From assembly GCA_028826165.1 (NCBI GenBank), contig JAPDFW010000115.1, positions 62,001 to 126,000 on the forward strand: DNA of 64,000 nucleotides. The letters are read 5' to 3'. The translations under genes were made by a program, and so were the position numbers. The notes beneath the pieces are model-generated. The model was not told where the DNA came from and searched no databases. It saw only the letters and a list, made by a program, of their open reading frames with translations. The first letter of the stretch is position 1, and each line of letters opens with the position of its first letter. Origin of the DNA: Anaeramoeba ignava BMAN. Taxonomy: Eukaryota > Protista > Anaeramoebae. This document shows, piece after piece, positions 44,801 through 56,100 of the stretch.

Positions 44801-47800
44801 TGAAATATTTGGATTTGGATTTTTGTATGCATAATGTAAAATTGTTTCGTTTTGATTTGTTTTTGAATTAATATCAATTCCTTTTGAAATTAAATATTTA
44901 ATAATTTTAAGTGAAATATTTGGATTTAAGCATGCATAATGTAAAATTGTTTCTTTTCGTTTTGTTTTTGAATTAATATCAATTTCTGATGAAATTAAAT
45001 ATTCAATAATTGGAAGTGAAATATTTGGATTTTTACATGCATAATGCAATATTGTTTCATTTTGATTTGTTTTTGAATTAATATCAATTCTTGATGAAAT
45101 TAAATATTTAATAATTTCAACTGAAATATTTGGATTTTTACATGCATAATGTAAAATTGTTTCATTTTGATTTGTTTTTGAATTAATATTAATTCCTGAT
45201 GAAATTAAATATTTAATAATTTGAAGTGAAATATTTGGATTTAAACATGCAATATGTAAAATTGTTTCATTTTGATTTGTTTTTGAATTAATATCAATTT
45301 CTGATGAAATCAAATATTTAATAATTTCAAGTGAAATATTTGGATTTTTACATGCATAATGTAAAATTGTTTCATTTTGTTTTGTTTTTGAATTAATATC
45401 AATTCTTGATGAAATCAAATATTTAATAATTTCAAGTGAAATATTTGGATTTTTACATGCATAATGTAAAATTGTTTCATTTTGATTTGTTTTTGAATTA
45501 ATATCAATTCCTGATGAAATTAAATATTTAATAATTTCATTTGTTGAATTATTGCAAAAATAATCCAAAACTTCTTTATTTTGTTTTGTTTTTGAATTAA
45601 TATAAATTCCTTTTAAAATTAAATATTCAATAATTTGAAGTGAAATATTTGGATTTGGATTTTTGTATGCATAATGTAAAATTGTTTCATTTTGATTTGT
45701 TTTTGAATTAATATCAATTTCTGATGAAATTAAATATTTAATAATTGGAAGTGAAATATTTGGATTTTTACATGCATAATGTAAAATTGTTTCGTTTTGA
45801 TTTGTTTTTGAATTAATATCAATTCCTGATGAAATTAAATATTCAATAATTGGAAGTGAAATATTTGGATTTGGATTTAAGCATGCATAATGTAAAATTG
45901 TTTCATTTTGATTTGTTTTTGAATTAATATTAATTCCTTTTGAAATTAAATATTTAATAATTTCAAGTGAAATATTTGGATTTTTACATGCATAATGTAA
46001 AATTGTTTCATTTTGATTTGTTTTTGAATTAATATCAATTCCTTTTAAAATTAAATATTTAATAACTTGAAGTGAAATATTTGGATTTTTACATGCATAA
46101 TGTAAAATTGTTTCATTTTGATTTGTTTTTGAATTAATATAAATTCCTTTTGAAATTAAATATTTAATAATTTCAACTGAAATATTTGGATTTAAACATG
46201 CATAATGTAAAATTGTTTCATTTTGATTTGTTTTTGAATTAATATCAATTCCTTTGGAAGTTAAATATTCAATAATTTCAACTGAAATATTTGGATTTAA
46301 GCATGCATAATGTAAAATTGTTTCATTTTGTTTTGTTTTTGAATTAATATCAATTTCTGATGAAATTAAATATTCAATAATTTGAACTGAAATATTTGGA
46401 TTTAAACATGCATAATGCAAAATTGTTTCATTTTGTTTTGTTTTTGAATTAATATCAATTTCTGATGAAATTAAATATTTAATAATTTGAAGTGAAATAT
46501 TTGGATTTTTACATGCATAATGTAAAATTGTTTCATTTTGATTTGTTTTTGAATTAATATCAATTTCTGATGAAATTAAATATTTAATAATTTCATTTGT
46601 TGAATTATTGCAAAAATAATCTAAAACTTCTTTATTTTGTTTTGTTTTTGAATTAATATAAATTCCTTTTAAAATTAAATATTCAATAATTTGAAGTGAA
46701 ATATTTGGATTTGGATTTTTGTATGCATAATATAAAATTGTTTCGTTTTGTTTTGTTTTTGAATTAATATCAATTCCTTTTGAAATTAAATATTTAATAA
46801 TTTTAAGTGAAATATTTGGATTTTTACATGCATAATGTAAAATTGTTTCATTTCGTTTTGTTTTTGAATTAATATTAATTCCTTTTGAAATTAAATATTT
46901 AATAATTTCAACTGAAATATTTGGATTTTTACATGCATAATGCAAAATTGTTTCATTTTGTTTTGTTTTTGAATTAATATTAATTCCTGATGAAATTAAA
47001 TATTTAATAATTTCAAGTGAAATATTTTGATTTTTACATGCATAATGTAAAATTGTTTCATTTTGATCATTTTCTTTTGAATTAATATCAATTTCTGATG
47101 AAATTAAATATTTAATAATTTCATTTGTTGAATTATTGCAAAAATAATCCAAAACTTCTTTATTTTGTTTTGTTTTTGAATTAATATAAATTCCTTTTAA
47201 AATTAAATATTCAATAATTTGAAGTGAAATATTTGGATTTGGATTTTGATAAGCATAATATAAAATTGTTTCGTTTTGATTTGTTTTTGAATTAATATCA
47301 ATTCCTTTTGAAATTAAATATTTAATAATTTTAACTGAAATATTTGGATTTTTACATGCATAATGTAAAATTGTTTCTTTTCGTTTTGTTTTTGAATTAA
47401 TATTAATTCCTGATGAAATTAAATATTCAATAATTTCAACTGAAATATTTGGATTTAAGCATGCAATATGTAAAGTTGTTTCATTTTGTTTTGTTTTTGA
47501 ATTAATATTAATTCCTGATGAAATTAAATATTTAATAATTTCATTTGTTGAATTATTGCAAAAATAATCCAAAACTTCTTTGTTTTGATTTGTTTTTGAA
47601 TTAATATTAATTCCTTTTAAAATTAAATATTCAATAATTTGAAGTGAAATATTTGGATTTGGATTTTTGTATGCATAATATAAAATTGTTTCATTTTGAT
47701 TTGTTTTTGAATTAATATTAATTCCTGATGAAATTAAATATTTAATAATTGGAAGTGAAATATTTGGATTTAAGCATGCATAATGTAAAGCTGTTTCATT

Positions 47801-49579
47801 TTGTTTTGTTTTTGAATTAATATTAATTCCTTTTGAAATTAAATATTTAATAATTGGAAGTGAAATATTTTTATTTGGATTTTTACATGCATAATGTAAA
47901 ATTGTTTCGTTTTGATTTGTTTTTGAATTAATATAAATTCTTGATGAAAGTAAATATTTAATAATTTCAAGTGAAATATTTGGATTTAAGCATGCATAAT
48001 GTAAAATTGTTTCATTTTGATTTGTTTTTGAATTAATATCAATTCTTGATGAAATTAAATATTTAATAATTGGAAGTGAAATATTTTTATTTAGATTTAA
48101 ACATGCATAATGTAAAGCTGTTTCATTCCAATTTGTTTTTGAATTAATATAAATTCTTGATGAAATTAAATATTTAATAATTGGAAGTGAAATATTTGGA
48201 TTTAAACATGCAATATGTAAAATTGTTTCATTTTGATTTGTTTTTGAACTAATATCAATTCTTGATGAAATTAAATATTCAATAATTTCAACTGAAATAT
48301 TTGGATTTTTACATGCATAATGTAAAATTGTTTCATTTTGATTTGTTTTTGAATTAATATTAATTCCTTTTGAAATTAAATATTTAATAATTTCAACTGA
48401 AATATTTGGATTTTTACATGCAATATGTAAAATTGTTTCATTTTTATTTGTTTTTGAATTAATATAAATTCTTGATGAAATTAAATATTTAATAATTTCA
48501 AGTGAAATATTTGGATTTAAACAAGCATAATGTAAAGCTGTTTCATTTTGATTTGTTTTTGAATTAATATAAATTCCTGATGAAATTAAATATTTAATAA
48601 TTTCAAGTGAAATATTTTTATTTAGATTTAAACATGCATAATGTAAAACTGTTTCATTTTGATTTGTTTTTGAATTAATATCAATTCTTGATGAAATTAA
48701 ATATTTAATAATTGGAAGTGAAATATTTGGATTTAAACATGCAATATGTAAAGTTGTTTCATTTTGTTTTGTTTTTGAATTAATATCAATTCCTGATGAA
48801 ATTAAATATTTAATAATTTCAAGTGAAATATTTGGATTTTTACATGCATAATGTAAAGCTGTTTCATTTTGATTTGTTTTTGAATTAATATCAATTCCTG
48901 ATGAAATTAAATATTCGATAATTTCAAGTGAAATATTAGGATTTAAACATGCAATATGTAATGAATTTCTTCTTTTTTCATTAATTAAATTTAGATTTGC
49001 ACCTTTTGAAATTAAAAGTTGAATTATTTCTTTTGAAACTTGTTTTTCTATTGCAAAATGCAAAATTGGTTTTTGTTCTTTTATTAATTGATTTTCTGGA
49101 ATTGTTTCAATTTCTTTTAATTCTTGAAAATTGTTTTCTTCAATCATTTGCCAAATATCTTCAATCTCTTTAATATCTTTAATATCTTTATTATCTTTAT
49201 TATCTTTATTATCTTTATTATCTTTATTATCTTTATTATCTTTATTATCTTTATTATCTTTATTATCTTTATTATCTTTTTATTCTTTATTATCTTTATT
49301 ATCTTTAATATCTTTAATATCTTTAATATCTTTAATATCTTTATTATCTTTAATATCTTTATTATATTTAATATCTTTATTATATTTATTATCTTTATTA
49401 TCTTTATTATCTTTATTATCTTTATTATCTTTATTATCTTTAATATCTTTATTATCTTTAATATCTTTATTATCTTTATTATCTTTATTATCTTTATTAT
49501 CTTTATTATCTTTATTATCTTTAATATCTTTAATATCTTTATTATCTTTATTAACTTGATCAACTTGTTGATTGTTCAT
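38856..49579 (-). CDS. Giant ankyrin-repeat (~88) + tandem BTB/POZ protein (type B), ~3570 aa if the 1-nt deletion at ~39300 and the TAA at 49282-49280 are errors
   Basis: The 3287-aa ORF 39284-49147 leaves frame at a T5 run (T6 in the paralogue at ~17658), and BTB2 continues to 38856. The upstream ORF 49280-49579 is in the same frame (offset 432 nt) and is separated only by one TAA. Confidence 0.85.
39790..48970 (-). repeat. ~87 tandem 105-bp ankyrin-coding units with 12 interspersed 99-bp variant units
   Basis: A 105-bp period is visible directly. The variant tttgttgaattattgcaaaa occurs at ~40086, 40821, 42186, 42816, 43344, 43872, 44286, 44700, 45540, 46596, 47124 and 47544. Confidence 0.95.
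49165..49552 (-). repeat. (GATAATAAA/GATATTAAA)n 9-mer satellite encoding (DNK/DIK)n
   Basis: Direct reading. It is in frame with the giant ankyrin ORF. Confidence 0.9.
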
Positions 49580-49756
49580 TTTTTTTTTTGTTTGTTTTGT
49601 TTTGTTTTTGTTTGTTTGTTTGTTTTTTGTGTTTGTTTTTGTATATTTGTTTTTGTTTTTTTGTTTTTGTTTTTGTTTTTGTTTTTTTTTTTTTTATTAA
49701 AATAAAAATGGAAAAAATTTATTTTTTAATTTTTAATTTTTGAATTTAAAAAGCTT

Positions 49757-50192
49757 TTGTTTGTTTGTTTGTTTGTTTTGTTTGTTTGTTTGTTTGTTTG
49801 TTTGTTTGTTTGTTTTTTGTTTGTTTTTGTTTGTTTGTTTGTTTTTTTTTGTTTTTTTGTTTTTTTTTGTTTGTTTGTTTTTTTGAATTTTGTTTGTTTG
49901 TTTTTTGTTTGTTTTGTTTGTTTGTTTTTTGTTTTTGTTTTTTGTTTTGTTTTTTGTTTTTTTGTTTTTTTGTTTGTTTGTTTGTTTGTTTGTTTGTTTG
50001 TTTGTTTGTTTGTTTGTTTGTTTGTTTGTTTGTTTGTTTGTTTGTTTGTTTGTTTGTTTGTTTGTTTGTTTGTTTGTTTGTTTGTTTTGTTTGTTTGTTT
50101 GTTTTGTTTGTTTTTGTTTGTTTGTTTGTTTGTTTGTTTGTTTGTTTGTTTGTTTGTTTGTTTGTTTGTTTGTTTTGTTTGTTTTGTTTGTT
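49757..50192. repeat. (GTTT)n microsatellite between the HUWE1-like stop codon and the giant ankyrin gene promoter
   Basis: Direct reading. Confidence 0.95.
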
Positions 50193-50199
50193 TTTTAAA

Positions 50200-53100
50200 T
50201 TAAACAAAACCAAAACCTTTTGTTTCATTAATAGCATAAAGTAATCTTTCTCTCATAATTTGAGAATTTTGATATTCAGGTAAATCAAGTTGATTAAAAC
50301 AAGTATGAGCAGTAGGAAGTCTTTCAGTATCTCTAGTTCTATGAATTTGAAGTTTTTGTAAACCATGCATTCCTTGAAGAGCAGAAAATCCATCAAGAGG
50401 AACTTTAGAAGTTCCAGTAATAAAAAGAAGAAGTTTAGCTCTTTCTTCTTGATCAAAAGATTCAACAATTTCCCAAAACCATTTGATTTCTTGACTTGAA
50501 GCTGTATATCCTTGATAAACAATGTTTTCTTTTAGATCTTTTATATCAATAGTTGGAAGACCCGAAATCAATAATTCAAGTTCATTTTCATCAAAAATAG
50601 AAATCATTTCGTGTGGGATTATGGAATAAAACCCTTGAAGAAAAGAATCGGTTTGAATTTGGATTGCTTTTGTCATTTTGAGCTCGCAAATCAATTTAAC
50701 ATATTCTCTTTTATTTTCTTCATTCACTTGAATATTTCTTCCATTAGGAATTAAGTCAACAATAGTGGATTGTCCAAGTTCATCAAAATCAGCTGAAAAA
50801 GTTAGATCAAGAACATCAGTGATATCATTTTCAAGCATCCATTTAAGATTTTTATAATATTCGTTATCAATAGCTTCCATATCATGATAAGTAACTGGTA
50901 TTTTAAGCATGTGTTTATAAAATGAACGAGTAAAATAAGCATCCAAATAAACTCCATCTCGTATTGCTTTTCCTATTACTTTTCCAATTACATTGAAATA
51001 GTCAAGATGATCAGGATTTATATATGAAAATCGATTTGGTTGATATGTTGAATCCTTCTTGTTTGTAGGTGTAAATAAAGCATATCCAGGATTGAACATT
51101 GCTTTTGTTAATGTTGAATACCAATCTCGTGTAACTCCTCCTATATCAACTGCTTCTTCTCCTGTGAATTGAACTCTAAATGGTGATTTTAATTCCTCTA
51201 ATTTTCTGTGACGAAGTTGATGGAATGTATCTTCTAATACATGCTGTCTTCTCACTGATAATGATACTCTTCCATGATAATATCGATTATTTAAATCTGG
51301 TTCTTGTATTTTTTCAAAGAAATATTTCCTTTTATTATCAAAATCAAGTAATTTAGGTGTATTTTTCAATCTACTGAATGAAGTATTGAGAAGAGATGGA
51401 TTATCATGAATAAGATCATTGATTAATTTACGATGTGTATTTACAAAACTAGTGAAAATATCTGGTGATAAATTATCAAGATTAGTATAAGAATGAGATG
51501 ATGTTAATACAAGAGATTCAAATAATTCTTTTTCTTTTTCTTTTTCTTTTTCTTCTTTTTTCTCTTCTTTTTCTTTCTCTTCTTTTTCTTCACGTTGTTT
51601 TGGTCCATTTAAAATAAAGAAAATTTCAATAAGTGAAAGAAGTGGTTCAATTAATTTCATTGTTGTTGTGGTTGTTCTTTTGATATATTGTGGTTCTCTT
51701 GCTCTATCATAATCTTCTTCAAATGAATCTGAATAAAATGAAAATGGATTTCTTGGTTGATTTCTTGATCTTTCTCTTGTAAGTGTGATTTTTTGATTTT
51801 CTTTCTTCTCAATTTTTGGTGCTGCATTGTTTTGTATTTGAAGAATTGAATACAAACAATCATTCAAAATTTTCCAAAGTTCTTCAAATTTTAATTGAGA
51901 TCTGATATAATTGATATAATATTCTTGTTTTTTTTCAGATTCTAATTTTGGATCTTGATTTGATATTTCTTTATCTAAATCTTCATCAGAAAATCCTATT
52001 TTGGTTATTATTGAATCAAGTGTTTTTATAACTCGAAGGAAATTTGTGTTTCTAATTTTTGTGTGTTGAGAAAATGTTGGTAAATCTTTTAGTTTTTTTT
52101 CAACTGCTTCATGTAAATCTTGTTGATATTTTTTCAAGTTTCCTTGTAGAATTGTTGATAATCTATTGGAAACATGAATTAATTTTGAAATGAGGATTTT
52201 TCGATTTTGTAAATTTTGTGAAACTCCTTCTAAAATTATCATTGTGTTATCAAATTCTGGTTTTTGTAAATTATCAATAAGTAAAACATTAACGAATGAT
52301 TTTAAATAATTTGGAGGAATATAAGGAATTGGAATTTCTTCAACTTTCTTCTCTTCAATTTTCTCTTCTTCTTTTTTTTTCTCTTCAACTTTTTCTTTTT
52401 CTTTTTCTTCTTCTTCTTGTTTTTTTGTTTTCTTTTTCTTTGTGAAATGAGAAATTATTTTTGAAAGGAAAATTAATAATTTAGAAACTAACATTTCTTG
52501 AGTTGAAGAAAATGCTGGTTTTGTAAATAAATTCATTAATTTAGCAAATGGAGAAAGTTGAGAATCATTTAATTGATTTTCTTGATTTTCTTGATTTGAA
52601 ATTATATTTTCTTTTGATGTTTGAATTTCAGAACTTTCTTTAATTAGAAAATCACAAACAGATTTAATTTGGGAAAGATAAATAAGATAATCCAAAACTT
52701 GACCAATAACTTGATTTGAAATTACTTTTTCATTAATTTTCTTTTCTTCAATTTGAATATTATTATTATTATTGTTGTTATTATCAATATTATCACTATT
52801 ATTTTCTAAAGTTGAGAATCCAATATTTTTAATAAATTCATTTTCAGTTGTAATATTTGAAAAAAAAGTTTCTTGATGAATTGGACCTTTTTGATACCAA
52901 ATATCATCCAAATCTTTATCAGAACATCCCAAAACAGATAATAAAATTTCAAGTAAATTTTCTCGAGAAATATTATGAATACATAAATGTCTTAAAATTC
53001 TTTTCAATAAATTTGATTCTTTTGAAGATAGATCAGAAATTAATCTTATAGCATTTGTGATATTTTGGATTCCAGATTCATTTATTAATGGTGGTTCTTT

Positions 53101-56100
53101 ATTCATTTCTTCTATTTGTTGTTTCATGATTAAATTGATAACATTTGCATTTTCATGAATACTTTCATATTTTTTCATTTTGGATTTCATTGATTGACTT
53201 GATAATCCAAAAGGATTTCTGAAGTTAACTTCTTCTCTAACAGTTTGTGCTTCTGCAACTAAATGTGGAGGAAGAGATGCCAAGAATGTTTCATCACAAG
53301 TCAAATAAACTTCTCTTCGAAGATCTTGAGGTAAAGAAGCAACAAATGTTGCATTATCCATAGCATTTTGTTGAGGTTGAACAGGATTTCTTTCTCTATT
53401 TTCTTGTTGAAGGATTTCTTGTGCAATATCTTCAGGAAGAGAAGCAAGAAACAAATCTCTTTCTGTTTGTTCTTGATTTTCTGTTTGATTTTCTGTTTGA
53501 TTTTCTGTTTGATTTTGATTTTGATTTTGATTTTGAGTTTGTTGATTTTGAGTTTGATTTTGTTCTTGATTTTGTTCTTGAGTTTGATTTTGTTCTTGAG
53601 TTTGAGTTTGTTTTCTTTTTTGTGATTTTTCACTTAAATGTTGAGCAATAACTTCATTTCTAATATCTTCAGGAAGTTCAGCTAAAATTGACATATCTAA
53701 ATCACCTAAATCATCTTGTTCTAAAGTATTTTCAACTTTTGTTTCTTTTTCAACTTTTGTTTCATCTTTTATTTCATCTTTTATTTCTTTTTCATCTTTT
53801 ATTTCTTTTATTTCTTTTTCATCTTTTATTTCTGTTTTTATTTCATCTTTTATTTCTTTTTCATCTTTTATTTCTTTTTCATCTTTTATTTTTTTTTCAT
53901 CTTTTTTTATTTCATCTTTTATTTCATCTTTTTTTTTTGTTTTTTTTTTCATCTTTTTTTTATTTTTGTTTCATTTTTTTTTATTTTGTTTTTATTTTTA
54001 TGTTTCATTTTTATTTCATCTTTTATTTTTTTATTTCTTTTTCATCTTTTATTTCATCTTTTTTTTTTTTTATTTTTATTTCATTTTTATTTATCTTTTT
54101 TTTTTTTTTTTTTTTTTCATTTTTGTTTTTATTTTTTTTTCATCTTTTTATTTCATTTTTATTTTATTTCATCTTTTATTTTTGTTTCTTCTTTTATTTC
54201 TGTTTCATCTTTTATTTCATCTTTTATTTCATCTTTTATTTCTGTTTCATCTTTTATTTCTGTTTTTATTTCATCTTTTATTTTTATTTCTGTTTCATCT
54301 TTTGTTTCATCTTTTATTTTTATTTCTGTTTTTATTTCATCTTTTGTTTCATCTTTTATTTCTGTTTCTGTTTCATCTTTTGTTTCATCTTTTATTTCTG
54401 TTTCATCTTTTATTTCTTTTATTTCTTTTTCATCTTTTATTTCTTTTATTTCTGTTTCATCTTTTATTTCATTTTTTTTTATCTTTTTCATCTTTTATTT
54501 TTGTTTCTGTTTTTATTTCATCTTTTGTTTCATCTGAAGAAAATTTCTTCGTTTCTTCAATTACTTGCTCTAAAAGTTTCTTCTCAAATTCTTTTTGTGA
54601 ATTTTCTTCAATAGTTATTTGTTGAAGAATTTCCATTATTTTTCTTTCAAATAATCTTGCAAATTGTCTAATTTCAGTATTATCTTCATTATGTCTTTGA
54701 TGTTGAGAAAGAGGATTACGATAATAATCATAATCATAATTATGTTGTTGTGGACGGAAATTAAACAAATTAACTCCAAATAAATTTTCAAAAGGAAGTG
54801 AATCAAGAGTTCCTAATTGAATTGGATTATATTCTCTTCTATTTTGAGATTGTCTCAATGGAGGATAATATCTTAAAGCTAAATCTTCTCTTCTTCTTCT
54901 TTCTCTTTCAGGAAATGTGATTCTTTCCAATTCAGAAATTCTTCTTTCTTCTTGTTCTAATCTTTCAATTTCTCTAAGTCTTAATTCTCTTTCAAATAAC
55001 TCACGTTCTCTAGCTCCTCTTGAAAAGAATCCAGAATTAAAACCTCTACCTCTTGATCTATGAGGTGAATAAATTGAAGGCTCAATTACTAAATCTCTAT
55101 TATATAAATGTGGTATTGGAGGAATATTGCGTAAACCTTGATCTCCTCCCAAACTAATATCATATTCATCTTCATCTTCAGAATCTGAACTTGAATCACT
55201 TTCAATAAGTGCTTGATCCTGATTTCTTGATCTTCTTTCTTCTCGGATTAAATCTTGTAATCTAATTTCTTCATTTGAAGGATTTGATAAATAAGGATGA
55301 AGTGTTGGTAATCTTTGTTCTTCAACAACTGCTTCTTGATGTCTTGCTGCTCTTTGTTCAATTTCATTTCTAACTAATTCGTGGAAATCAATTCCAAATT
55401 GTTCTCCTAAATTATTCAAATCATTTTCGATTTGATCATGAACATGAACATTATGTCTTGATAATTCAATTAAATGAGAAATTGGTTCTTCCATATTTGA
55501 TAGAATTTCATCAATTTGATCATCATTTAAATCAAGATTTTCTGTTTGAACAATTTGAGATAAATCACTTTCAATTGCTTCTTTATCAATTTCATCTTGA
55601 ATTTCATTTTCAAGTTGTGATTCTATATTTTGATCCTCTTTATTTTTCAATTTCTTTTGTTTTTGTTTTAATAATAATCTATATTGAGGTGAAGAAAAGA
55701 AACGTGTGAATAATTCTAATAATTTCAATGATGAGAAAATGAATTTTTTGGATTCAACATTTTTTAAATTAATTTTCTTGAAAGAATTCATTAAACTTTC
55801 AATAATTTGATTTCCAAATGCTAAATAAAAAACTTCAAATACTTGGGAAGAGAAAAATTTCTTCATTCCAGAATTTCTTATTGTAAGATTATGTGAATCA
55901 ATTAAAGAAAACATCAATTCAATAAGAGGAAGAATTTTAGAGAAAATATCATGATCTGATGAATAAATATCTGAAAATTGTTGAAATATTTTAACGATTT
56001 CTTGCAATGCTAATTTACTTTCTGGATTATTTTGAGCAGTACAAAGTAGAGTTAATAATTTAATTGTTTTTGTGGAAATTTCTGTAATTTTATTTTCTTC

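Noticed and set aside
39790-48970. TALE-like DNA-binding repeat code (35-aa units with variable residues)
   Set aside because: The units carry ankyrin signatures (TxLHxAC...IIxYLIxxGxDIN), not the TALE consensus, and variation is spread over many positions.
49280-49282. Stop-codon reassignment or read-through of TAA
   Set aside because: TAA is the normal terminator of nearly every gene here. A local base error or a nonsense mutation is simpler.
49746-50244. FVCL/KQTN repeat ORFs that look like membrane proteins
   Set aside because: They are translations of the (GTTT)n microsatellite. The hydrophobic ORFs at 20840-21686, 49124-49705 and 53688-54625 are likewise satellite or antisense shadows.
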